From the NCBI GenBank assembly GCA_963733055.1, contig CAVTBR010000001.1, forward strand, positions 352,001-416,000: a stretch of 64,000 bases of DNA, written 5' to 3'. Positions 37,141-47,035 of this stretch are shown here, in pieces; position 1 is the first letter of the stretch, and each line of letters opens with the position of its first letter. Position numbers and translations under genes: made by a program. This DNA comes from Candidatus Bathyarchaeota archaeon. GTDB taxonomy: Archaea > Thermoproteota > Bathyarchaeia > 40CM-2-53-6. The notes beneath the pieces are model-generated. The model did not search any database and had not been told where the DNA came from. It saw nothing but the letters and a program-made list of their open reading frames with translations.

Positions 37141-39165
37141 TTATGCAGCCGAGATTTGTTCAGCTACGAGTTCGGCGATGTCACGCACTGTAGTGGACTC
37201 CTTGGCCCCCGCCGCAACTGATGCATCTTCAAGCATGGATGTGCAAAAAGGGCAAGCAGTGGCTAGGACGTTTGCTTGCGTTTCCTGCGCTTCCTCGAAA
37301 CGGATCGCTCCCACTTTCTTCTTCTGTTCAACTTTATACCAGAAGTTTGCGCCACCCGCCCCGCAACAGAAACTTCCCTCCCTAGACCGTTTCATCTCGA
37401 CCATTGCTGTGGGTGCCAATGAAGAGATTACTTCTCTTGGGGAATCGAAGACTCCATTGTATCGGCCTAGGTAGCAGGGATCGTGGAACGTAATTGTTCG
37501 CTTGGCTTCAGGTTTGAGCTTTAACATCCCTGACTTGATGAGCTGTTCTATGAATTGTGAGTGGTGTATGACGGTGAAGGTCGTTCCGAATTCGGGGTAT
37601 TCGTTCTTGAATGTGTTAAAACAGTGTGGGCATTGTGTTAGAACGGTTTTTACGTTATACTTCTTGAAGATTTCAGCTAACTCTATCGCGCTCTGTTGAA
37701 ATCGCCCTTCCTCTCCTAACCGCCTCGCAGACTCGCAGTTGCATTTCTCCTCAGTTCCCAGTATAACGAAACGGACCTTCGCGGCGTGAAGAATCTTAAC
37801 CATTGCCCGCGATACTGATTGATTTCGTGGGTCGTACGAACCTGAACACCCGACCCAGTAGAGTACGTCAAACTCAGGCTGCTCCTTCGCCGTTTTCACG
37901 CCCAACCCTTCCGCCCATTTCATGCGGTCCGATTGCGGCAACCCGTAGGGGTTTGCGGAATTGCCCAGATTCGTTAACAGGTCCCTCTTGGGTCGATCCA
38001 GCTTTCCTTCGCCAACCAAATGTCTTCTCATGTCGACGATTGCGTCTATGTGGTCGATGAGGACTGGGCATTCGTTCACGCATGCTCGGCAGGTGGTACA
38101 CGCCCAGAGTTCCTCGGGGTTCACGATGCCCGGCATGATTGGGCTTGGGTTCCCTCCGTCAAGTGTGCTCTGGGTCAGCATCACGTTTCTGAGTTTGAGT
38201 ATGAGATGCATGGGGGAGAGGAGTGTTCCCGCGGCGGTTGCGGGGCATGCGTTTGTGCACCGGCCACATTGAGTGCACGAATCAAACGACAACCTTTGCT
38301 GCCAGGAGAAATCTGTGATCGCTGAGGCGCCCACTTTCACATCGAAACTTCCCGATACCAGAACCTGCCTCAGGTCGAAGGGACTGCTGAGTTGGCCTTT
38401 GGGCCGTAGGTGGATGAAGAGTGCGTTGAGTGGGGAGGTGAAGATGTGGAAGAGTTTTGTATACGGTATGCTGGCGACCGCGGTGAATGCGAGGAGGGCA
38501 TGGAACCACCACAAACCCTGATAGAATAGAACAATCGACGGCCCAACTAGGCCGCGGCTTGTTAGGAAGAGGGCAACTCGGTAGCCTATGAAGGACCATG
38601 GAGCCCAAGCGGGTTTGTCAACGGCGAGCCGAATTCCCTCCATCAGATAGCCCGTGAGTAGGATCACGATTAGAGTGGAATAGATGAACAAGTCATCTCG
38701 CGACGTGGGAAGGTTAGGGGGTCTAGAGACGACACGCCTGAAGATGGCGATAAGAAGCCCAATTATCGCGACGATTCCGAACGCGTCTAGGAAAGTTTCG
38801 AACGTGAGATAAAAGTAGCCTACGAGGATTTGTTTGTGGAAAAGTGGAACCCAGAGATCACTGTCTATCATCACAAGAGTGGTTCCGATCAAGAGAACGA
38901 TGATGCCACTGTAAATCAGCACGTGCATTAAGCCTGGATATCGTTTCTTTGCGACTTTCCGTTGAGCAAAGACGTTCGTGATCGTCCTGAGAATGCGTTC
39001 CGGGACGTGATCGAGTTTCGGTGCTGGGCAACCTTTGAAGTAAATGCGAACTCGTCGGTAGAAACCGTACAGAAATGCTAATGCAAAGCCTGAGAGAACC
39101 GCGTACATTACTAGATAGGTTAGCGGTGGAAGGAGGTCGTATGTTATGCGGTGCGGTTCAGTCAA
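37141..39165 (-). CDS. Membrane Fe-S oxidoreductase (NarI-like TM domain + 2x[4Fe-4S] + two CCG domains; FadF/HdrD-like, ETF-associated)
   Basis: CTQCGRCTNACP, CTTCRACVNECP, HDPCYLGR, CCGAGG, ACPFC. Confidence 0.9.
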   Translation of the reverse strand: MTEPHRITYDLLPPLTYLVMYAVLSGFALAFLYGFYRRVRIYFKGCPAPKLDHVPERILRTITNVFAQRKVAKKRYPGLMHVLIYSGIIVLLIGTTLVMIDSDLWVPLFHKQILVGYFYLTFETFLDAFGIVAIIGLLIAIFRRVVSRPPNLPTSRDDLFIYSTLIVILLTGYLMEGIRLAVDKPAWAPWSFIGYRVALFLTSRGLVGPSIVLFYQGLWWFHALLAFTAVASIPYTKLFHIFTSPLNALFIHLRPKGQLSSPFDLRQVLVSGSFDVKVGASAITDFSWQQRLSFDSCTQCGRCTNACPATAAGTLLSPMHLILKLRNVMLTQSTLDGGNPSPIMPGIVNPEELWACTTCRACVNECPVLIDHIDAIVDMRRHLVGEGKLDRPKRDLLTNLGNSANPYGLPQSDRMKWAEGLGVKTAKEQPEFDVLYWVGCSGSYDPRNQSVSRAMVKILHAAKVRFVILGTEEKCNCESARRLGEEGRFQQSAIELAEIFKKYNVKTVLTQCPHCFNTFKNEYPEFGTTFTVIHHSQFIEQLIKSGMLKLKPEAKRTITFHDPCYLGRYNGVFDSPREVISSLAPTAMVEMKRSREGSFCCGAGGANFWYKVEQKKKVGAIRFEEAQETQANVLATACPFCTSMLEDASVAAGAKESTTVRDIAELVAEQISAA

Positions 39166-39296
39166 ACCGAAACCCTGCCTTGCTGCGCCTCTCCTAAGCT
39201 AAAAGAAGTTTCGCGCTTACTGTATACGTGCCAGATGAACATCCGAAGATACGTACAATAGCCACCGAACCAAGACCCCGTCGCTGTGAAGTTGCC

Positions 39297-40418
39297 TTGA
39301 ACAAAGTCAAAGTCGTTCAGTACGGCTTGGGACCAATAGGACTGGGAATCGTTGAAGTTCTATTATCCAGACCTTGGGTCCAACTGGTAGGCGCCGTAGA
39401 TATTGACCGTGCTAAGGTTGGGAAGGATGTTGGTCAACTTCTCGCTAACCCTCGAAATACGGGCATCGTCGTAACTGACAAGGCAAAGGAATCCCTGAAG
39501 GGTGGGGGTGTGGACGTCGTTACGCACGCAACCTCGTCTTACATGAAGGCCATTCATCCTCAATTAATTGAAATTCTTGAGCATGGGACAAGCATTGTGT
39601 CAACGGCTGAAGAACTCACCTACCCCTTCGCTAAACACCCCGCGATGGCGAAGGAGTTGGATGAGCTTGCGAGAAAGAAGAATGCGGTCGTTCTTGGATC
39701 CGGGATTAACCCTGGCTTTTTGCTAGATACGTTGGCCGTGGCGTTAAGTGGTGTGTGCCAGAAGGTGAACTCTATTCGGGCGGAGCGCGTGGTCGATGCG
39801 TCACTTCGTAGGTTGCCTCTTCAGAAGAAGATCGGAGCCGGAATGTCTCCCGCAGATTTTGATAAGAAAGTTGCCGAGGGAGCAATCAAACATGTTGGCC
39901 TGCCCGAATCGGTAGGCCTCGTCTCGTTAGCCATGGGATGGAAGGTTGGCGAAATTCAAGAGAGAATTACACCGGTAATCGCCGAAAAAGAAGTTCAGAG
40001 CAAACACTTCAAGGTTAAGGCGGGTGAAGTGGCAGGGGTTCGGCAAGTCGCAAAGGGCATACTCGCCGGCCAAGAATTAGTCGTTCTTGATCTACGAATG
40101 TATCTGGGGGCTCCAAACCCGCACGACTCAGTTCTCATCGACGGTACCCCGCCGGTGGATATGACGATCCGAGGAGGTGTTCAAGGAGACAGCGCGACTC
40201 CAGCCGTAATAGTTAACGCGGTACCAAAATTGAAGAGACTGGAGCCGGGATTGAGAACGATGCTGGACCTGCCTCCTATTTCCCGCGGCTCGATTACTCG
40301 AGTGATGATCGATCTGTTATGCTCAAAACCTTCTAGCCGAGTCGCCTATGTGTTGCTTTTTACGAATCGTTCTACGGATGCAATTAGGTTGTCAATGTCC
40401 GAATCGGTGTGCGCGTAG
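39297..40418 (+). CDS. 2,4-diaminopentanoate dehydrogenase / dihydrodipicolinate reductase-like NAD(P) oxidoreductase
   Basis: QYGLGPIG, STAEEL, GSGINPGFLLD, GHV-like KHVGLPES, GDSAT..VNAVP. Confidence 0.8.
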   Translation: MNKVKVVQYGLGPIGLGIVEVLLSRPWVQLVGAVDIDRAKVGKDVGQLLANPRNTGIVVTDKAKESLKGGGVDVVTHATSSYMKAIHPQLIEILEHGTSIVSTAEELTYPFAKHPAMAKELDELARKKNAVVLGSGINPGFLLDTLAVALSGVCQKVNSIRAERVVDASLRRLPLQKKIGAGMSPADFDKKVAEGAIKHVGLPESVGLVSLAMGWKVGEIQERITPVIAEKEVQSKHFKVKAGEVAGVRQVAKGILAGQELVVLDLRMYLGAPNPHDSVLIDGTPPVDMTIRGGVQGDSATPAVIVNAVPKLKRLEPGLRTMLDLPPISRGSITRVMIDLLCSKPSSRVAYVLLFTNRSTDAIRLSMSESVCA

Positions 40419-41662
40419 CTGATTGCACCGTGCAACCTGTCCGGAACTACTACCACTATCCCGTCGTCAAGCATATGCCTGAACAGTCTCCTGGATCTAT
40501 CGTGATCACAATTCGCGTAGCTTCCGGCGTCCTTTATGGGACCCTTGTCTGTCGTGTGTATGCTGAAGACTGAACCCATACCCGTCACCTGAGCCGGGAA
40601 CGCGTTGTCCTTGAAGACCCTGTTGAGTGAAGCCCGTGCTTTTTCTCCGAGTTTGTCTACGTGCTCGTAGACGGGAGTGTGTTCTAGTACGTGGATTGTG
40701 GCGAGTCCCGCGGCTAGGGTTAGTGCGTTGCCTGCAAAGGTACCACCATGGTAAGCCAATTCTGAGCCTGAGTATTTTGTATGGTCCATTCTTTCCATTA
40801 TTTCGCGCGATCCGCAGACCGCGCCGATGGGCAGGCCGCCGCCAATTATCTTGCCCATTACCGTAACGTCCGGTTTGACGTTGAAAAATCCCTGCGCGCC
40901 ACTCAGGCTTACCCTAAACCCGGTAATCACTTCGTCGAAAATCAGCAGTGCGTCCGTATCGTCGCAGTATTCCCTTAGGCCCTTGAGAAACTCCTTCTCC
41001 GCCGGAATCATCCCCCCCGCCCCTAGGACAGGTTCGAGGATGACGCATGCCAGCCTCTCCCCTTTCGTTCGTTTCAGAAATCCGTCAAAATCGTTGTAAG
41101 GAACTACGACCGTGTCGGATTGAGATGCTATTGAGATACCACCGGAGAGAGGCTTTTCGAACGGTGGCATCATGGCAAGGTGGAGTGGATCGTAAGCGCC
41201 GTGCCACCCTCCCTCAAACTTAGCGACCTTGTACCTTTTCGTGAATGTCCTAGCCAGACGGATTGCGAAGAAGTTGGCCTCGCTTCCAGAGCTGGTATAG
41301 CGGATCATTTCCGCGCTTGGCACGTGCTTGCTTATCGTTTCGGCAAGCGTGACCTCTAGTTCATGTTCGAGCCCGAAATGCCAACCGAGTTCCGCTTGGT
41401 TCTTGATTGCTTGCATGACGATCGGGTGTGCATGGCCAAGGATCATGGCGAAATGTGTGCACCAGTAGTCGGTGTATTCGTTGCCGTCTAGGTCGATGAG
41501 TTTTGCCCCGTGGGCTTCTTTAACGAAGAACGGGTATGGTTCAAAGTACCGGTTCCGATATGAGACGCCCGCAGGTTGAACTTGCTTTGAGCGGGTGAAG
41601 AGTGCACGTGAGAGCGGAGTCCGCTTGGTGTACGCAGTTTCTTTTGAACTGAGTTCCTCCAT
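40346..41662 (-). CDS. Class III PLP aminotransferase (HemL-like paralogue)
   Basis: SGSEA, FDEVITGFR, MGKIIGGGLP, GTFAGN. Confidence 0.88.
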   Translation of the reverse strand: MEELSSKETAYTKRTPLSRALFTRSKQVQPAGVSYRNRYFEPYPFFVKEAHGAKLIDLDGNEYTDYWCTHFAMILGHAHPIVMQAIKNQAELGWHFGLEHELEVTLAETISKHVPSAEMIRYTSSGSEANFFAIRLARTFTKRYKVAKFEGGWHGAYDPLHLAMMPPFEKPLSGGISIASQSDTVVVPYNDFDGFLKRTKGERLACVILEPVLGAGGMIPAEKEFLKGLREYCDDTDALLIFDEVITGFRVSLSGAQGFFNVKPDVTVMGKIIGGGLPIGAVCGSREIMERMDHTKYSGSELAYHGGTFAGNALTLAAGLATIHVLEHTPVYEHVDKLGEKARASLNRVFKDNAFPAQVTGMGSVFSIHTTDKGPIKDAGSYANCDHDRSRRLFRHMLDDGIVVVVPDRLHGAISYAHTDSDIDNLIASVERFVKSNT

Positions 41663-41835
41663 TATTAGAACACGAAGACCCTCTACGGCTAGGAGACGAT
41701 TTCAGGTTTTCCAACTGAGCTGGTTTACGTTGATTGGAGCTTGTAATAATGCGCTGTGTGTTTGGGAGCAAGTTTGCAAGTACAGGGGTTAAATATCAAA
41801 AAGAAAATCCCTTTCACCGTAGGGTTTGATGAAAG

Positions 41836-41952
41836 TTGCAGGTTGCGTCAGCATACATCAGATGTGGTTATTGCAGCCAGACTATAGCTCGGGAAAGCCC
41901 ATACTGCCCCTACTGCCAGAAGAAATTCCTCTTCAAGGGTTTAGGCCTCTAG
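41836..41952 (+). CDS. 38-aa zinc-ribbon microprotein (not in ORF track)
   Basis: TTG start; MQVASAYIRCGYCSQTIARESPYCPYCQKKFLFKGLGL; TTAAATA at about 41789. Confidence 0.6.
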   Translation: MQVASAYIRCGYCSQTIARESPYCPYCQKKFLFKGLGL

Positions 41953-41965
41953 GTTTTCCTATCGG

Positions 41966-43213
41966 CTATGGCGACAGGCTCGAAAGCGAATATCCATCTG
42001 TTAATTCAGAGTATTTTAGTTGATTTTTGCGGGTTAAGCGATTCAACGCTTCTTCCACTTCTTGGAGTTTGAAGCCCTCGTTGAACACCCGGGCGACAAG
42101 CTCGGATCTTTCGTATGTGAATTCTGGAGTCTGAACGATTTTCAGGATGAACTCCTCGCAAGCCCCCACTCTTTCTTCGTCGAGTTTTGGTTGAGTTGGT
42201 TTGGTGCGTGGTAAGTCAGCTACGAGCGCTCGTCCCGTCATGCCGAACCGTTTGGAGACAAGTTCCGCAAGGAGCTTGCTGCCTCCTCGAAAAGTGAAAA
42301 CTGTCTTCGGCCGAGCTTCTTTCACGAAGCGAAGCAACTGCTCTAGATCAGCTTGCTCACTTAGAACGAAGACCCTGCCCGCCGCCCTCTCAGCCGCGGT
42401 TGGCCAGCCAGTTACATGAGCAATCCTGAACTCCCCATATCGACTAGCATCGAATCGCTTGGGGATTATCACCACGCACTTCGCCTCTCCCATCAGAGAC
42501 TGAGCCTCTTCAGTTCCCGCATCCACAAATTGTAACCCTACGCCGTTGTTGGCGTAGACTTGGTTGATTCGGGCTATTTGCGGGTGGACTATCACGGATA
42601 GCTCGGTCCAAGTGTTGAAAACCTTGACCAGTTCTTGCGCGTTGCCGATGGGGTCCGTAGCAAATGTTGGGACTCTATGCTCACCGACGCATTCCAACGC
42701 CCATTTGACGATGTCGGCGATGACTGATTCACGGGGTGGAAGGCTTTGGGACGAGGCTGGGAACGCCGCTTCAAGGATTAGGGTGTCGCACGGTGCTACC
42801 TCAGCCGCTTTGGAGGTCAGTGTGTCGGTGAAGTTGATGTGGCTAGCATAAACCACGTTCTCATCTTGCGTTATGATTTCATATTGAACCGACCCAAGCA
42901 CATGCCCCGCATCATGCGCCTCAACTTCAACTTCCCCTAACCTGAGGCGTCGGCCAACCCGGATCGGTTCCCAATTGCCCGTCTCCCGACGCGTGTCGGC
43001 TTCGTAGAGTTCGTTGGTTTCTTTAGTCGAGTATTTCTTTTGGATTGGAAACTGGAATCCTTTTGAATGGTCGTAATGCGCGTGGGTGATGAATAGGTTG
43101 GGAATCGTAGGGTCGTTGTCCAGCGGATCTAGGAGTAAGCTAGTTTCGCCGCATCGAATGGCTACCCCGTTTGACCATCGAATCAGAGGTTTCAGTTCGC
43201 AGTCCCAAGCCAA
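41966..43213 (-). CDS. Metallo-beta-lactamase / beta-CASP-like protein with C-terminal wH-like domain (start uncertain)
   Basis: THAHYDH, AGHVLGS, LILEAAF. Confidence 0.8.
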   Translation of the reverse strand: MAWDCELKPLIRWSNGVAIRCGETSLLLDPLDNDPTIPNLFITHAHYDHSKGFQFPIQKKYSTKETNELYEADTRRETGNWEPIRVGRRLRLGEVEVEAHDAGHVLGSVQYEIITQDENVVYASHINFTDTLTSKAAEVAPCDTLILEAAFPASSQSLPPRESVIADIVKWALECVGEHRVPTFATDPIGNAQELVKVFNTWTELSVIVHPQIARINQVYANNGVGLQFVDAGTEEAQSLMGEAKCVVIIPKRFDASRYGEFRIAHVTGWPTAAERAAGRVFVLSEQADLEQLLRFVKEARPKTVFTFRGGSKLLAELVSKRFGMTGRALVADLPRTKPTQPKLDEERVGACEEFILKIVQTPEFTYERSELVARVFNEGFKLQEVEEALNRLTRKNQLKYSELTDGYSLSSLSP

Positions 43214-43259
43214 CTCAGGGCGCGGGTTGAAAACCGCACCGGTCCGTAACGGAATTGCT

Positions 43260-44207
43260 TTACTTTTCCAGTGCAGCCACTGTGACTTCTTTCTGTTCTT
43301 CGAGATACGCGAGCGCGTCCAAGGCGGCTTTGCACCCATCACCAGCAGCCGTCACCGCCTGCCGGTACCTGTAATCATGGACGTCTCCCGCCACGAATAC
43401 GCCTTCAACGGAGGCCTTCGTCCCGTGCTCGGCGAGAACGTACCCTTTCTCATCCATTTTGATTTGGCGTGCAAATATCTTCGTGTTTGGCTCGAACCCT
43501 ATGGCTACGAATACGCCGTCACACGCTAGAATAGACCGTTCACCGGTCTTGAGGTTCCTCACCTTCACACCTTCAACCATCTTATCCCCCAGAATCTCGT
43601 CGACCACCGAATCCCAAACAGGCTTGATCTTCGTGTTGGACAGGACTCTGCTTTGCATTATCTTGCTGGCACGTAACTCATCTCGCCTGTGAACGACGAC
43701 AACCTCAGTCGCGTACTTCGTCAAATGGAGAGCCTCCTCCGCCGCAGTGTCTCCGCCACCGATAACAACAACACGTTTACCCCGAAAGAAGTAGCCATCA
43801 CAAGTTGCGCAGCTCGAAACGCCACGTCCACGTAACTTAGATTCTGAAGGTATACCGAGCCATTTTGCGGAAGACCCGGTCGCTATTATGACCGATTTCG
43901 AAGTATGAACGTCGCTACCAACCGTGACTTCGAGCGGGTTGCGAGAAAAGTCAACTGATACGACGTCATCGTCGATGATTTGGGCGCCAAACCGTTCAGC
44001 CTGCTTTCTCATCTCCTGCATAAGTTGGGGACCTTGAACTGCTTCCGAGAAACCTGGAAAATTCTCTACGCCGCTTGTTAGCATGAGCTGTCCGCCCGAT
44101 AACCTGCCGCCGACGACGAGGGTTTTCACCAAAGCGCGGCCGGCGTAGATTGCGGCGGTGAGACCTGCCGGCCCTGAACCAATCACGATAACGTCGAACT
44201 CTGCCAT
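43260..44207 (-). CDS. trxB: Thioredoxin reductase
   Basis: GSGPAG, VENFPGF, SCATCDG, GGGDTA, HRRDELRA, YRQAVTAAG. Confidence 0.96.
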   Translation of the reverse strand: MAEFDVIVIGSGPAGLTAAIYAGRALVKTLVVGGRLSGGQLMLTSGVENFPGFSEAVQGPQLMQEMRKQAERFGAQIIDDDVVSVDFSRNPLEVTVGSDVHTSKSVIIATGSSAKWLGIPSESKLRGRGVSSCATCDGYFFRGKRVVVIGGGDTAAEEALHLTKYATEVVVVHRRDELRASKIMQSRVLSNTKIKPVWDSVVDEILGDKMVEGVKVRNLKTGERSILACDGVFVAIGFEPNTKIFARQIKMDEKGYVLAEHGTKASVEGVFVAGDVHDYRYRQAVTAAGDGCKAALDALAYLEEQKEVTVAALEK

Positions 44208-44301
44208 GCTGCCTCAAACCTTCCAGTTCGACTAACGAATTATAAGTTGAACCTTTAATCTATCGAACAAATTTCTGAAGTAATTTTCCGGTGGTTTGTA
44301 T

Positions 44302-44796
44302 CTAGGCTTCTTTCGTGTATTCGTCTTGGTTAGTGGTTTGCATGGGTTTGCCGAGGTATATGACAATAGTATTAGACAGTTTGTTGAAGAGCCTCTGCCT
44401 TGATCTCCGGCATGGCCGATAGATCCATCCAATTAGACAATCCAGAGGGAGCAGCATGGATTTTCCGATGCTCTGGATTGCCGAAGCACGTAGGCTTGCG
44501 TTTTTCCCTTCAGGATTTGTTAGGCGGAGATTGAGTAGCAGCTGCCCGATTGATCTCCCGAAGTACCATTCTGAGAACGTCCAGTACAGAAAGAAGATGA
44601 ATATCGATAACGGGGACCATATGGATACGTCGAACCCGGGAAACCGGGGGAGAAGGAAGGAGGGTAGGAGTTTAGTTTCTAGATCCTCGAGGCGAAAGTA
44701 CGCGAGCATTATGTTGATGATTAGGTAGTCGATCATCCAGGCGATGAAGCGTCTTCCCCAGTTCGCAAGAACGACGGGTTCTGCTTGAAGTTTCAC
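44302..44796 (-). CDS. RDD family membrane protein
   Basis: RRFIAWMID..GRSIG..QRLFNKLSNTIV. Confidence 0.85.
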   Translation of the reverse strand: MKLQAEPVVLANWGRRFIAWMIDYLIINIMLAYFRLEDLETKLLPSFLLPRFPGFDVSIWSPLSIFIFFLYWTFSEWYFGRSIGQLLLNLRLTNPEGKNASLRASAIQSIGKSMLLPLDCLIGWIYRPCRRSRQRLFNKLSNTIVIYLGKPMQTTNQDEYTKEA

Positions 44797-44828
44797 GTTG
44801 CAGAACCTAGTCTCAGATTATGGAGTAA

Positions 44829-45899
44829 TTATTTTCGCCGTTTGGTCGGGCGCCCGCCCATCACCATGGCCATGACCGCTTTCTGGACATGCAAACGGTT
44901 TTCCGCTTCTTCGAAGTACAGTGAATACTTCATGTTGTCGATTACGTCGTCGGTGACCTCTTGTCCCCGGTCCGCGGGTCCGCAGTGCATGTACTTGCCT
45001 TTGTTTGTGAGGTCCATCATTTCTTGTGTGCATATCCAGTCCTTGAACTTGTCCTGGTAGCCTGTGGCCCCGTCCTTGTCGACTGTGGCGTTGTGAGGTG
45101 GAACGTAGTTCTTCGGAGACCAAGCCTTGGGATAGACAACATCCGCGCCCTCGAAAGCTTCCTTCATGTCGTTCACGACGCGGAAGCCACCGCCGTAGCG
45201 GTCGGCGTTCGCCTTGCAAGCCTGGGTTACTACGTCTTCTAGTTCGAAGCCTGAGGGATGTGCTAGGATGACGTCCATTCCCATCTGTGTTCCGATGAGC
45301 ACTTCGCTTTGAGGAACGGCGAGAGGTTTGAGTCCTCCCGAGTACGCGTAGGATACGACCAGTTTCTTCCCTTTGAGTTTGGGAATTGCCTGCCTCATCG
45401 CTTGTGCATCTGCTAGAGCTTGAAAGGGGTGGTACATGTCGTCCTCCATGTTTAGGACGGGGATGGTGGCGTGTTTGGCGAACTCCTGAACGACCTTGTG
45501 GCCTCTTCCAATAATCCACTTAGCCGCGTCGCCGTAGATTCGTATCGCAATCGCGTCCCCATACCGGCTTAGCACCCGGGCAACGTCGGAGATCGCTTCG
45601 GTTTGGTAAGCAACCATATCCTCTGGCAATGCCGGTGTGTAAACGTCTTGCGGGCTTAGGAAGTGGGCGTGTCCGTCGAGCTGGTACATACCCGCCTCGA
45701 ACGAGTTTCTTGTTCTGAGGGATCGGTTGTAGAACATCATGAATAGCGTCTTACCGGGCAGGTACGCGTGCTTCTTGCGTGCCCGGAAGAGTCTTCTCAG
45801 CTCGTCGGCCGCGTCAAGGATCTTCTTGACTTCCTCCTGCGAGAAATCGTTCGTGTCAAGGAAGTCTTTGCCACTCCATAACCCTACGAATGAAACCAA
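44829..45899 (-). CDS. Carbamoyltransferase, YgeW/AOTCase-like (not canonical OTCase)
   Basis: SLRTR, HPFQ, YAYSGGLKPLAVPQS, YPKAW, MHCGPADRG; no DVWxSMG. Confidence 0.85.
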   Translation of the reverse strand: MVSFVGLWSGKDFLDTNDFSQEEVKKILDAADELRRLFRARKKHAYLPGKTLFMMFYNRSLRTRNSFEAGMYQLDGHAHFLSPQDVYTPALPEDMVAYQTEAISDVARVLSRYGDAIAIRIYGDAAKWIIGRGHKVVQEFAKHATIPVLNMEDDMYHPFQALADAQAMRQAIPKLKGKKLVVSYAYSGGLKPLAVPQSEVLIGTQMGMDVILAHPSGFELEDVVTQACKANADRYGGGFRVVNDMKEAFEGADVVYPKAWSPKNYVPPHNATVDKDGATGYQDKFKDWICTQEMMDLTNKGKYMHCGPADRGQEVTDDVIDNMKYSLYFEEAENRLHVQKAVMAMVMGGRPTKRRK

Positions 45900-45937
45900 A
45901 CTTAGTACCTCGAACCCAGTCGGTTCGTGGATTCGAC

Positions 45938-46891
45938 TTAAACTTTTGGCACGGTTATCTGCGTTCCCGTCTTACCGTCTAATGCTTCGATCAGATCTCC
46001 GAGGGATGCGATTACCGCGCGTTCGCCTCCGCTTTCAACAAACCGGATCGCGGCTTCAATTTTCGGTGCCATGCTTCCTTCTTTGAATTGTCCTTCCTTC
46101 GCGTAGTTTCTCAATTTACCGGTTGTGATTTCTTTTATCTTTTCTTGGTTGGGTTTGCCGTAGTTGACGTAGGCTGCATCGACGTCGGTTAGGACAACGA
46201 ATATGTTGGCCCCGATGAGTGTGGCTAGTCTTTGGCCGGCGAGGTCTTTGTCGATAACTGCTTCAACCCCAACCGCGTGGCCGTTCTCCTCGATTATTGG
46301 TATCCCTCCTCCTCCGCATGCAACAACTATGAAGCCCGCGTCGATCAGAGCCCTTATCGCGGTGCGTTCGGCTATAATCTTAGGGTCGGGGGAAGGTACT
46401 ACTCGCCTATAGCCGCGGCCGGCGTCTTCTTTGATGACTACTTCGGGTTTCTGTTCTCGCACCGTATCCGCCTCTTCCTTCGTGTAGAACGGCCCTATGG
46501 GTTTGGTTGGGTTTTGAAAGGCTGAGTCGTGTTTGTCGACGATAACTCGTGTTATGATCGTTACGACGAACTTGTCCATTCCGCGTGACTTCAGTTCGTT
46601 TCTGAGCGCCTGTTGGATCATGTATCCGATGAAGCCCTGCGTTTCCGCGCCGCACGCGTCGAGCGGGAATGGGGGGACGATGGTCTTCGCGGCATCGTGC
46701 CTGAGGAGGGTTGCGCCGACCTGTGGCCCATTGCCATGGGTTAACACGATCTTATGTCCGCGTTCGATTAAGTCCGCGACCTTCGCCACCGTCGCTTTGA
46801 CGTTCTGGTATTGATCGTCGAAAGTTCCTTTCTGGCCTCGCTTGAGTAGAGCGTTTCCCCCAAGCGCAATCACGATAAGCTTCTCAGTCAA
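45938..46891 (-). CDS. arcC: Carbamate kinase
   Basis: ALGGNAL, THGNGPQVG, PTKPIG, RRVVPSP, EAVIDKD, GSMAPK. Confidence 0.96.
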   Translation of the reverse strand: MTEKLIVIALGGNALLKRGQKGTFDDQYQNVKATVAKVADLIERGHKIVLTHGNGPQVGATLLRHDAAKTIVPPFPLDACGAETQGFIGYMIQQALRNELKSRGMDKFVVTIITRVIVDKHDSAFQNPTKPIGPFYTKEEADTVREQKPEVVIKEDAGRGYRRVVPSPDPKIIAERTAIRALIDAGFIVVACGGGGIPIIEENGHAVGVEAVIDKDLAGQRLATLIGANIFVVLTDVDAAYVNYGKPNQEKIKEITTGKLRNYAKEGQFKEGSMAPKIEAAIRFVESGGERAVIASLGDLIEALDGKTGTQITVPKV

Positions 46892-46979
46892 ACCTGAAAC
46901 ACTTCGCATAGATCGAAGCAACGAAATGCGGCGCTATATCCTTATCAAGTTTCACGACGTTTCCCGATCAGGAACTTCA

Positions 46980-47002
46980 ATTTACCCGGCTATTTACCAG
47001 GC
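46980..47002. repeat. Direct repeat ATTTACC(C/A)GGC x2 in the divergent arcC / carbamoyltransferase intergenic region
   Basis: 46980-46990 and 46992-47002, 10/11 identical. Confidence 0.55.
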
Positions 47003-47035
47003 AGCTTGCGATTAACGAGAACGAGGTTAAGTTAG

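Noticed and set aside
44818-45519. 233-aa Arg-rich ORF
   Set aside because: Alternate-frame shadow of the carbamoyltransferase gene
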